Assembly: GCF_014252315.1 (NCBI RefSeq)
Contig: NZ_CP059216.1
Span: 388,038-420,037 of the forward strand
Origin: Candidatus Saccharimonadota bacterium
GTDB taxonomy: Bacteria; Bacteroidota; Bacteroidia; Flavobacteriales; Blattabacteriaceae
Length of the DNA: 32,000 bases
Reading direction: 5' to 3'
The notes beneath the pieces were generated by a model. That model saw only the letters and a program-made list of their open reading frames with translations, did not search any database and was not told the origin of the DNA. The position numbers were made by a program, and so were the translations under genes. This document shows, one piece after another, positions 10,467 to 17,727 of the stretch; position 1 is the first letter of the stretch, and each line of letters starts with the position of its first letter.

Positions 10467-11849
10467 TTATTTATAAGCACTAATTATAGATTCATAAATA
10501 GATTCATTTAATGATGGATGAGAATAAATTCCATTTAACATTTCATGCGCAGTTGTTTCTAAATTTCTGGATATCATTACTTCTGATATAATATTTCCAA
10601 TATTTTTTCCTATTATATGACATCCTAACCATTCATCATATTCTTTATCAAAAATTACTTTTATAAATCCATCAGTATTTCCATAAATAATTGCACTGTT
10701 AAGTGAATTAAAAGGAAATTTTGATATTAATAATTGATATCCGTTTTTTATAGCTTCTTTTTCTGTATAACCTATAGTAGCTATTTCCAAATTAGAAATA
10801 ATATGTCTAGGAATATTATTATAATCAATTTTTTTATAATTTAATCCTTTTATATTTTCAATGCAATTTATAGCTTCTTTTGAAGCTATATTAATTGTAG
10901 AATAAGGTCTTATTACGTCTCCAATAGCATAATATCCTGGTATATTTGTTTTATAATTTTCATCAACTATTATAAAATTATTATCAACTTGAATTCCTAT
11001 ATTTTCTAATCCAATAGATTTAATATTTGGAATTGTATCTTCATCTTTAGTAAATAATATTGCGTCTGATTTTATATTTTTTATTGAATTATTATTTTTC
11101 AATAAATCAAAAAATACTTTATCATTTTTTTTTTTTATATTATCAATGATAGAATTTGTATAAACTTCTATTCCAATATTTTTATAATATATTTCTAAAT
11201 ATTTAGATATATCATAATCTCCATTTGGAAAAATGGTATTATTAAATTCTACTATACGAATTTTAGCTCCTAAAAAATAATATAAGTATACAAATTCTAA
11301 ACTAATATATCCAGATCCTACGATTGTTATATCTTTTATATTCTCACTTAATAAAATTGCTTCTTTATAAGTTATTATTTTTTTTTTATCATATATATTT
11401 TTTTTCCAAATTTTATTAGTAGATCCTGTTGCTATTATTATATGTGAAGCGTAATGTTCTTCTATATTATTATTTTTTATTACTTCAACTTTATTATGTT
11501 TTTTTAATATAGCATTTCCATAAATAATGTGAATTTTATTTTTTTTTATTAAAAATAAAATATTATTTTTTATTTTATTTACTATATTATCACATTCTGA
11601 AATAATATTGGAAAAATTAGGATTTATATTATTATAATTTACTCCGAATAAATTTTGATTTTCTTTTAAAGATTGTAAAATTTTTATTTTATTTAAAATA
11701 AATTTAATTGGAACACATCCAAAGTATAAATAATTATTTCCAATAGAATTTTTTTCTATTATAGCTGTTTTCATTCCAAGTTGAGAAGATCGTATAGCAG
11801 AAACATATCCAGCTTGACCACCTCCTAATATAATAACATCGAAATTCAT
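10467..11849 (-). CDS. lpdA: Dihydrolipoyl dehydrogenase (E3) homologue with a disrupted redox-active disulfide motif
   Basis: 460 aa. FAD site ILGGGQAGY, NAD site GSGYISLE, AIGDV, C-terminal SHPSLNE (His-Glu pair). The expected C-x4-C reads Y-x4-C (see findings). Confidence 0.9.
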   Translation of the reverse strand: MNFDVIILGGGQAGYVSAIRSSQLGMKTAIIEKNSIGNNYLYFGCVPIKFILNKIKILQSLKENQNLFGVNYNNINPNFSNIISECDNIVNKIKNNILFLIKKNKIHIIYGNAILKKHNKVEVIKNNNIEEHYASHIIIATGSTNKIWKKNIYDKKKIITYKEAILLSENIKDITIVGSGYISLEFVYLYYFLGAKIRIVEFNNTIFPNGDYDISKYLEIYYKNIGIEVYTNSIIDNIKKKNDKVFFDLLKNNNSIKNIKSDAILFTKDEDTIPNIKSIGLENIGIQVDNNFIIVDENYKTNIPGYYAIGDVIRPYSTINIASKEAINCIENIKGLNYKKIDYNNIPRHIISNLEIATIGYTEKEAIKNGYQLLISKFPFNSLNSAIIYGNTDGFIKVIFDKEYDEWLGCHIIGKNIGNIISEVMISRNLETTAHEMLNGIYSHPSLNESIYESIISAYK

Positions 11850-11942
11850 AAAATTTGTTAAATATAGAATAATATAAAATTACAGATTTTTAATCATAAA
11901 GAATTTTTTATATATTTAATGTATATTAATATTATATATATG

Positions 11943-12599
11943 ATGAAATTTTTTTTAGATACAGCTAATTTAGAAGAAATTAAACAAGCAATATCAATTG
12001 GAATATTAGATGGAGTAACTACAAATCCATCTTTAATTGCAAGAGAATCTTTATTCAATAAAAAAGATATTCAAAAACATTATAAAAATATATGTTATTT
12101 GCTAAATAAAAATGAAGATTTAAGTGCTGAAGTTATTAGTAATAATTATAATGATATTATAGAAGAAGGAATAGAATTATCATCTTTACATCCAAAAATT
12201 GTTGTAAAAATTCCAGCTACAAAAATAGGAATTAAAGCGATAAAATTTTTTTCAGAAAAAAAAATAAATACTAATTGTACTCTTGTTTTTTCTGCTGGAC
12301 AAGCTATTTTAGCTGCAAAATCAGGTGCTACTTATATATCTCCATTTTTAGGAAGATTAGATGATGTATCTTATGATGGATTAAACTTAATAAGAGATAT
12401 TAAAATTATTTATGATGAATATAGATTTAATACCAAAATACTAGCAGCATCTATTAGAAATCCAATACATATTATAGAATGTGCAAAAATGGGAATATAT
12501 GCAATAACATCTCCTATCAATGTTATTAATCATTTATTTAATCATCCATTAACAAACATAGGATTGGAAAATTTTTTAAAAGAATTTAATAATTTTTAA
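11943..12599 (+). CDS. tal: Transaldolase / fructose-6-phosphate aldolase family (short type 3B)
   Basis: MKFFLDTANLEEIK, GVTTNPSL, Schiff-base Lys in VVKIPAT, SPFLGRLDD. I prefer the ATG at 11943 (MKFF) to the track start at 11919, which adds MYINIIYM. Confidence 0.93.
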   Translation: MKFFLDTANLEEIKQAISIGILDGVTTNPSLIARESLFNKKDIQKHYKNICYLLNKNEDLSAEVISNNYNDIIEEGIELSSLHPKIVVKIPATKIGIKAIKFFSEKKINTNCTLVFSAGQAILAAKSGATYISPFLGRLDDVSYDGLNLIRDIKIIYDEYRFNTKILAASIRNPIHIIECAKMGIYAITSPINVINHLFNHPLTNIGLENFLKEFNNF

Positions 12600-12673
12600 A
12601 AGAATTTAATAATTTTTAAAAGAATTTAATAATTTTTAAAAGAATTTAATAATTTTTAAAAGAATTTAATAAT
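12581..12673. repeat. Perfect 20-bp tandem repeat (agaatttaataatttttaaa) x 4.65
   Basis: Read directly: identical units at 12581-12600, 12601-12620, 12621-12640 and 12641-12660, plus a 13-bp partial unit at 12661-12673. Unit 1 encodes the last tal codons (KEFNNF) and the TAA stop. Confidence 0.97.
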
Positions 12674-12686
12674 AATAATAAAATAT

Positions 12687-13007
12687 TTACAAATTAATTT
12701 TATTATTTAACAAATAATAAATAGCTATAGAAGTAGATTTAGGTATACTTTCATAAAATTTAGATAATTCTATTTGTTCTTTGTTTTCAAATGTTTCTTC
12801 TAAATTATTGTTTTTATTAATAATATTAAATTCTTCTAGTTTTTTATCTAAATCATTTTTTATTTTATTATTTATTTTACTGCTTATTTTATCTAAAATA
12901 CATATTGTATTATATATATTTTTTTTAGATTTTTTTTCTAAAACATCTCTATCTACAGTAATAGTATTTACTGGAATATCATTTATATTTTCTATTAGAA
13001 AACTCAT
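12687..13007 (-). CDS. Hypothetical protein (N/K-rich, no recognisable domain)
   Basis: This 106-aa ORF fills almost the whole tal-ferritin gap. I recognise no motif and see no TM segment. An 84-aa antisense ORF is also open, so the coding call is only moderate. Confidence 0.45.
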   Translation of the reverse strand: MSFLIENINDIPVNTITVDRDVLEKKSKKNIYNTICILDKISSKINNKIKNDLDKKLEEFNIINKNNNLEETFENKEQIELSKFYESIPKSTSIAIYYLLNNKINL

Positions 13008-13077
13008 AAATAAATATATTTTTATAAAAATTTAATTTATAAGAAAGATATAATTTTTTTATTAAAATTTTTATAAA

Positions 13078-13596
13078 TTAATTTAATTTTTTAGTTATTT
13101 TAATTTTATTAATATCTTTATCAAATAAGTATAATCCTAGTCGATTATTTTCCACTAATTTAATTTTATCTAAAATCATTTTACATAAAAATTCTTCTTT
13201 CATTTGTTCTTCTACATACCATTGTAAAAAATTATAAGTAAAATAATCTTTTTCTATTAAAGAAACTTCTACTAAATAATTAATATTTTTAGATATTGAT
13301 TTTTCATGTTTAAACAAAATTTGAAATAATTCATATAGATTATTATATTTATTTTTATTATTATTTATAATTATATTATTTTTATCTATATAATATCCAT
13401 TACCCCCTCTTACATTAATATATTTCATCAATTTTAACATGTGAAATCTTTCTTCATCAGAATGATTATATAAAAATCTAGAAACACCTTCAAATCCTTT
13501 ATTTTCAGACCAAGATGCCATATTTAAATATAAATGAGAAGATTCTAATTCTCTATTTAATTGTTTTACTAATTCTATTTTAATTTTTTCTTTCAT
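13078..13596 (-). CDS. ftn: Ferritin (non-haem, Ftn type)
   Basis: 172 aa. Ferroxidase-centre pattern LNRELESSHLYLNMASW, EERFHMLKLM, HEKSIS, WYVEEQMKEE. Confidence 0.92.
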   Translation of the reverse strand: MKEKIKIELVKQLNRELESSHLYLNMASWSENKGFEGVSRFLYNHSDEERFHMLKLMKYINVRGGNGYYIDKNNIIINNNKNKYNNLYELFQILFKHEKSISKNINYLVEVSLIEKDYFTYNFLQWYVEEQMKEEFLCKMILDKIKLVENNRLGLYLFDKDINKIKITKKLN

Positions 13597-13624
13597 TTTT
13601 TTACAATAATTAATTTTAAATAAA

Positions 13625-14515
13625 TTAATTAATGTTTTTTAAACAATGTTGTATATCATTTCTTAATGATTTTGTTCCAACCAGTAATGGAAGTCTAACA
13701 TATGGATCACATATTCCTATTATACTTAATAATAATTTTATACCTGAAGGATTTCCTTCTTTATAAATTAAATTAATCATATCAATAATTTTATAAAAAA
13801 TAGAAAAAGATTTTTTAACATTATTATTCATAGCTAAATTAATCATATTAGAAATTTGATTAGGTAATCCTTGAGCTATTACTGATATAACACTATCTCC
13901 TCCTCCTAATATAATTGGAATAGTTATAAAATCATCTCCAGATATTAAACTAAAATTATACAATTTTTTTTGAATAATTTTATAAGATTGTAATATATTT
14001 CCAGATGCTTCTTTTATTCCAACTATATTATTTTTAAACTCATTAGATAAACGTAAAACAGTTTCAGGTAAAACGTTAGTTCCAGTTCTTTTAGGAACAT
14101 TGTAAATAATTATTTTTATATTTTCATTTGTATGTTTAATTATAGATTTGTAATGTTGATAAACTCCATTTTGAGTTGGTCTATTATAATAAGGAGAAAC
14201 AGACAAAATTGCATGAAAATCAGATAAATTTTTTATACTATTAATTTGTTTTATAACATTTTCTGTATTATTACTTCCTATCCCTAATATTAAGGGAAGT
14301 CTTCCGAAATTTATAGAACAAACACACTCAATAATATCTTTTTTTTCATCTAAAGAAAGCGTAGAAGATTCTGCTGTAGTTCCTAATAAAACTAAATAAT
14401 TTACATTGTTATTTATAACATATTTTACAAGTTTTTCTAGTCCATTAAAATCAATATTACCATTTTTTTTAAAAGGAGTAACTAACGCTACACCTGTTCC
14501 ATATAATTTTTTCAT
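13625..14515 (-). CDS. dapA: 4-hydroxy-tetrahydrodipicolinate synthase
   Basis: 296 aa. GTTAES, SPYYNRP, YNVPKRTG, Schiff-base Lys in GIKEASG. Confidence 0.95.
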   Translation of the reverse strand: MKKLYGTGVALVTPFKKNGNIDFNGLEKLVKYVINNNVNYLVLLGTTAESSTLSLDEKKDIIECVCSINFGRLPLILGIGSNNTENVIKQINSIKNLSDFHAILSVSPYYNRPTQNGVYQHYKSIIKHTNENIKIIIYNVPKRTGTNVLPETVLRLSNEFKNNIVGIKEASGNILQSYKIIQKKLYNFSLISGDDFITIPIILGGGDSVISVIAQGLPNQISNMINLAMNNNVKKSFSIFYKIIDMINLIYKEGNPSGIKLLLSIIGICDPYVRLPLLVGTKSLRNDIQHCLKNIN

Positions 14516-14550
14516 AAAATTAGATCACAACATAATAATTTAAAAAAATA

Positions 14551-14638
14551 TTAGATTAAAAATCTTTTTTAAAAATGTTAGTACAAACAGATGTAAGCGC
14601 ATAAAAAAACAAAATAATTTAGATTAAAAATCTTTTTT
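14551..14638. repeat. 20-bp direct repeat ttagattaaaaatctttttt (14551-14570 and 14619-14638)
   Basis: Read directly. The second copy spans the last four codons (KKDF), the stop and 5 nt downstream of the RRM gene. The first copy lies 68 bp further downstream in the rbp-dapA spacer. Confidence 0.85.
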
Positions 14639-14905
14639 TGTTCTTGGTCTAGCTGCTGATACAACAATATTTCTTCCCATGAATTCTGTTCCATTTAATT
14701 TTTCTATAGCCTTTTTTGCATTTTCTTCACTAGACATTTCTATAAATCCAAATCCTTTACTTCTTTTATTTGATGTAGATTCATCAAAAATTATCTTTGC
14801 ATGATTAACCTTTCCTACAGACTCAAAATATTCTTTTAATTCTTGTTCTGTCATATCATATGATAAATTTCCTACGTATAATTTCGTGTTTGTGTTATTG
14901 TCCAT
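14624..14905 (-). CDS. RRM-type RNA-binding protein
   Basis: 93 aa, single RRM. RNP2 KLYVGNLSY, RNP1 KGFGFIEM. Confidence 0.93.
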   Translation of the reverse strand: MDNNTNTKLYVGNLSYDMTEQELKEYFESVGKVNHAKIIFDESTSNKRSKGFGFIEMSSEENAKKAIEKLNGTEFMGRNIVVSAARPRTKKDF

Positions 14906-14991
14906 ATTTAATTTATAAATTGTTTTAATAAAACAAATTTAGAGAAATATTTCTTTGCATAAAAAGTAAAAATACATAAACTGTTATAATT

Positions 14992-15040
14992 ATTGAATAT
15001 AATTGAATATAACTGATGATATTTTATTGTGTTTATTGTG
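14992..15040. repeat. Two short tandem duplications in the rbp-pncB spacer
   Basis: attgaatata x2 (14992-15001, 15002-15011) with a degenerate third copy actgatgata (15012-15021). tttattgtg x2 (15023-15031, 15032-15040). Confidence 0.85.
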
Positions 15041-15126
15041 TTAAAATAATAAATTATTATTTTGTTAATAAAAAATAAAAAAACATAATCATATAATATA
15101 ATTTTTTCTAAAGAATTATTTATGTC

Positions 15127-16305
15127 ATGAATAATATTTCTATTATATCATCATTATTAGACAATGATTTTTATAAATTTACTATGCAAAATGCTGTTAT
15201 TAAATTATTTCCATTAATAAAAACTAAATACAAATTTATTAACAGAGGAAAATATATTTTTCCAAAAAATTTTTCTAAAGTTCTAAAAGAAAATTTAGAT
15301 AAAATGGCTTATTTAAAACTTTCTAATAATGAAAAAATATTTTTAAAAAAATTCTGTCCTTGTTTAGATAACTCTTATCTTAATTTTTTAAAAAAATATC
15401 AATATAATCCAAAAGAAGTAAAAATTTATCAAAATGGATCTACTATTAAAATGAATATAGAAGGATTATGGAGTAAAATTATTTTATGGGAAGTTCCATT
15501 AATGGCTATAATTTCTGAATTATATTATAAAATGATTGGTATCAAACGATTATCAAATAATGATATAATAAAAATAACTAAAGAAAAAATAAATAAATAT
15601 AAAAAAATGAATATAAAAGTAGGAGAATATGGGACAAGAAGAAGATTTTCTTATAAAATACATAAACTTATATTAAAAATTTTAGTAAAAGAAGGAAATA
15701 ATTCTTTTATAGGAAGTAGCAATGTTCATTTATCTAAAATTTTTTCAAAAAAACCTATAGGAACACAAGGCCATGAATGGATTATGTTTCATGCAGCTAA
15801 ATATGGATTTAATATTGCAGATCAAATATCAATGGAAAATTGGTTAAAAATTTATAATAATAAAAAATTAAATATTGCTTTATCTGATACATATACTTCT
15901 TCTATTTTTTTTAAAAATTTTAATAAAAAATTATCAAATATATATGAAGGTATAAGACATGATAGTGGAGATCCAATTAATTTTATTAAAGAAACAATAA
16001 ATCATTATAAAAATTTTAAAATTAATCCTATGAAAAAAAAGATAATATTTTCAGATAATCTAGACCCAAACAAAATAAAACATATTTTATCTTTTTGTAA
16101 AAAAAAAATAAATCCCATTTTTTGTATAGGTACTAATTTTACAAATGATGTTGGAGTTCCTCCTATGAACATAGTCATAAAAATGACAAAAGTATTAATA
16201 AAAAAAAAATGGATACCAGTTGTAAAATTATCTAATTCAAAAGAAAAATATACTGGAGAAAAAAAAATGATTTCTATAGCTAAAAAAATGATTCATTTAT
16301 TATAA
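15127..16305 (+). CDS. pncB: Nicotinate phosphoribosyltransferase
   Basis: 392 aa. LLDNDFYKFTM N-terminus, EYGTRRR, GTQGHEW, IRHDSGDP. Confidence 0.92.
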   Translation: MNNISIISSLLDNDFYKFTMQNAVIKLFPLIKTKYKFINRGKYIFPKNFSKVLKENLDKMAYLKLSNNEKIFLKKFCPCLDNSYLNFLKKYQYNPKEVKIYQNGSTIKMNIEGLWSKIILWEVPLMAIISELYYKMIGIKRLSNNDIIKITKEKINKYKKMNIKVGEYGTRRRFSYKIHKLILKILVKEGNNSFIGSSNVHLSKIFSKKPIGTQGHEWIMFHAAKYGFNIADQISMENWLKIYNNKKLNIALSDTYTSSIFFKNFNKKLSNIYEGIRHDSGDPINFIKETINHYKNFKINPMKKKIIFSDNLDPNKIKHILSFCKKKINPIFCIGTNFTNDVGVPPMNIVIKMTKVLIKKKWIPVVKLSNSKEKYTGEKKMISIAKKMIHLL

Positions 16306-16362
16306 TATTTTATAATATTTTTTATAAACTTAAATTAATTAACGAAAAATTATATTATTAAT

Positions 16363-17706
16363 ATGAACAAAGATGATTCAACAATTAATAAATTCTATAT
16401 AAAAAATTATGGATGTCAAATGAATGTTTCAGATAGTGAAATAGTATCATCTATTTTATTAAAAAATGGATATTCATTATCTGAAAATATAAAGGATGCA
16501 AAAATTATTTTTTTTAATTCTTGTTCTATTAGAAAAAAATCAGAATTAACTATAATAAATCAATTAAATAAATTTGAACATTTAAAAAAAAATGGATCAT
16601 TATTTGGTATGATAGGTTGTTTTTCCAAAGAATTTAAAGAATATTTATTAAATAAAAATAAAATAGATTTTTTTATAAATCCAAATTCATATAAAAAAAT
16701 TCCAAATATCATATCATACAGATCATACAAAAAAAAAAATACGGATTTTTTTTTTGATAAAAAAAAAGAATCATATGACAATATTTATCCATATAAGAAT
16801 TTATATGAAAAAAAGGTAACAACTTTTCTAAGCATAACAAGAGGATGTAATAATATGTGTACCTTTTGTATAGTACCTTTTACAAGAGGAAGAGAAATTA
16901 GTAATAATCCTGATTTTATTATAAAAGAATGTACAAGACTGTATACCCTTGGTTATAAAGAAATAACACTTTTAGGTCAAAATGTTGATTCTTATAAATG
17001 GAAACAAAAAAATAATTTTGTATTAAATTTTTCTCATCTTTTAGAAAAGTTAGCTAAAAATATTCCAGATATAAGAATTCGTTTTACAACATCTAATCCA
17101 CATGATATGTCAGATGATGTAATAGAAATAATTTCTAAATATGAAAATATTTGTAATCATATTCATCTTCCAGTACAATCTGGTAGTAATAAAATATTAA
17201 AATTAATGAATAGAAAATATTCTAAAGAAGATTATTTATTATTAATTAATAAAATAAGAAAAATTATTCCTAATTGTTCTATATCTCATGATATTATGGT
17301 TGGATTTTGTAATGAAGAAGAAAAAGATCATTTAGATACTATTGATTTAATGAATAAAATTAAATATAATTATGGATATATGTTTTCTTATTCTCCAAGA
17401 CCAGGAACATATGCATATAACAAATTAGTTAATAATGTTCCAGATCATATAAAAAAAAGAAGATTACAAGAAATTATAAATTTACAAAATAAGCATTCAT
17501 TATATAGAATGAATAAATTTTTAAATAAAAAACAAAAAGTGTTAATAGAAGGATCTTCAAAAAAAAATAATAAACATTGGTATGGAAGAAATCAACAAAA
17601 TTTAGTTGTTGTATTTCCAAAAAATTTATATACAAAAATAGGAGATTTAGTTTCTGTTAAAGTAAAAAGAGTAACATCAGCAACATTAATAGGTTATATG
17701 ATATAA
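16363..17706 (+). CDS. miaB: tRNA-2-methylthio-N6-dimethylallyladenosine synthase
   Basis: 447 aa. N-terminal Cys triad (YGCQMN, NSCSIR, IGCF), radical-SAM CNNMCTFC, C-terminal TRAM-like domain. Confidence 0.94.
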   Translation: MNKDDSTINKFYIKNYGCQMNVSDSEIVSSILLKNGYSLSENIKDAKIIFFNSCSIRKKSELTIINQLNKFEHLKKNGSLFGMIGCFSKEFKEYLLNKNKIDFFINPNSYKKIPNIISYRSYKKKNTDFFFDKKKESYDNIYPYKNLYEKKVTTFLSITRGCNNMCTFCIVPFTRGREISNNPDFIIKECTRLYTLGYKEITLLGQNVDSYKWKQKNNFVLNFSHLLEKLAKNIPDIRIRFTTSNPHDMSDDVIEIISKYENICNHIHLPVQSGSNKILKLMNRKYSKEDYLLLINKIRKIIPNCSISHDIMVGFCNEEEKDHLDTIDLMNKIKYNYGYMFSYSPRPGTYAYNKLVNNVPDHIKKRRLQEIINLQNKHSLYRMNKFLNKKQKVLIEGSSKKNNKHWYGRNQQNLVVVFPKNLYTKIGDLVSVKVKRVTSATLIGYMI

Positions 17707-17727
17707 AAAAAATGTATAAAAATAAAA

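Noticed and set aside
12781-13035. 84-aa plus-strand ORF from the track.
   Set aside because: It is antisense to the 106-aa hypothetical ORF and is F/L/I/S low complexity with no motif. The minus-strand ORF is longer and fits the spacer better, although neither is proven.
14540-14602. A 20-codon minus-strand mini-ORF (MRLHLFVLTFLKKIFNLIFF*) in the dapA leader, overlapping the duplicated 20-mer. Considered as a leader peptide or small membrane protein.
   Set aside because: It is too short to separate from chance, I recognise no motif, and I know of no attenuation mechanism for dapA. Worth revisiting only if conserved in relatives.
16560-16781. 73-aa minus-strand ORF from the track.
   Set aside because: It is antisense to miaB across its homopolymer-rich linker and is a shadow ORF.
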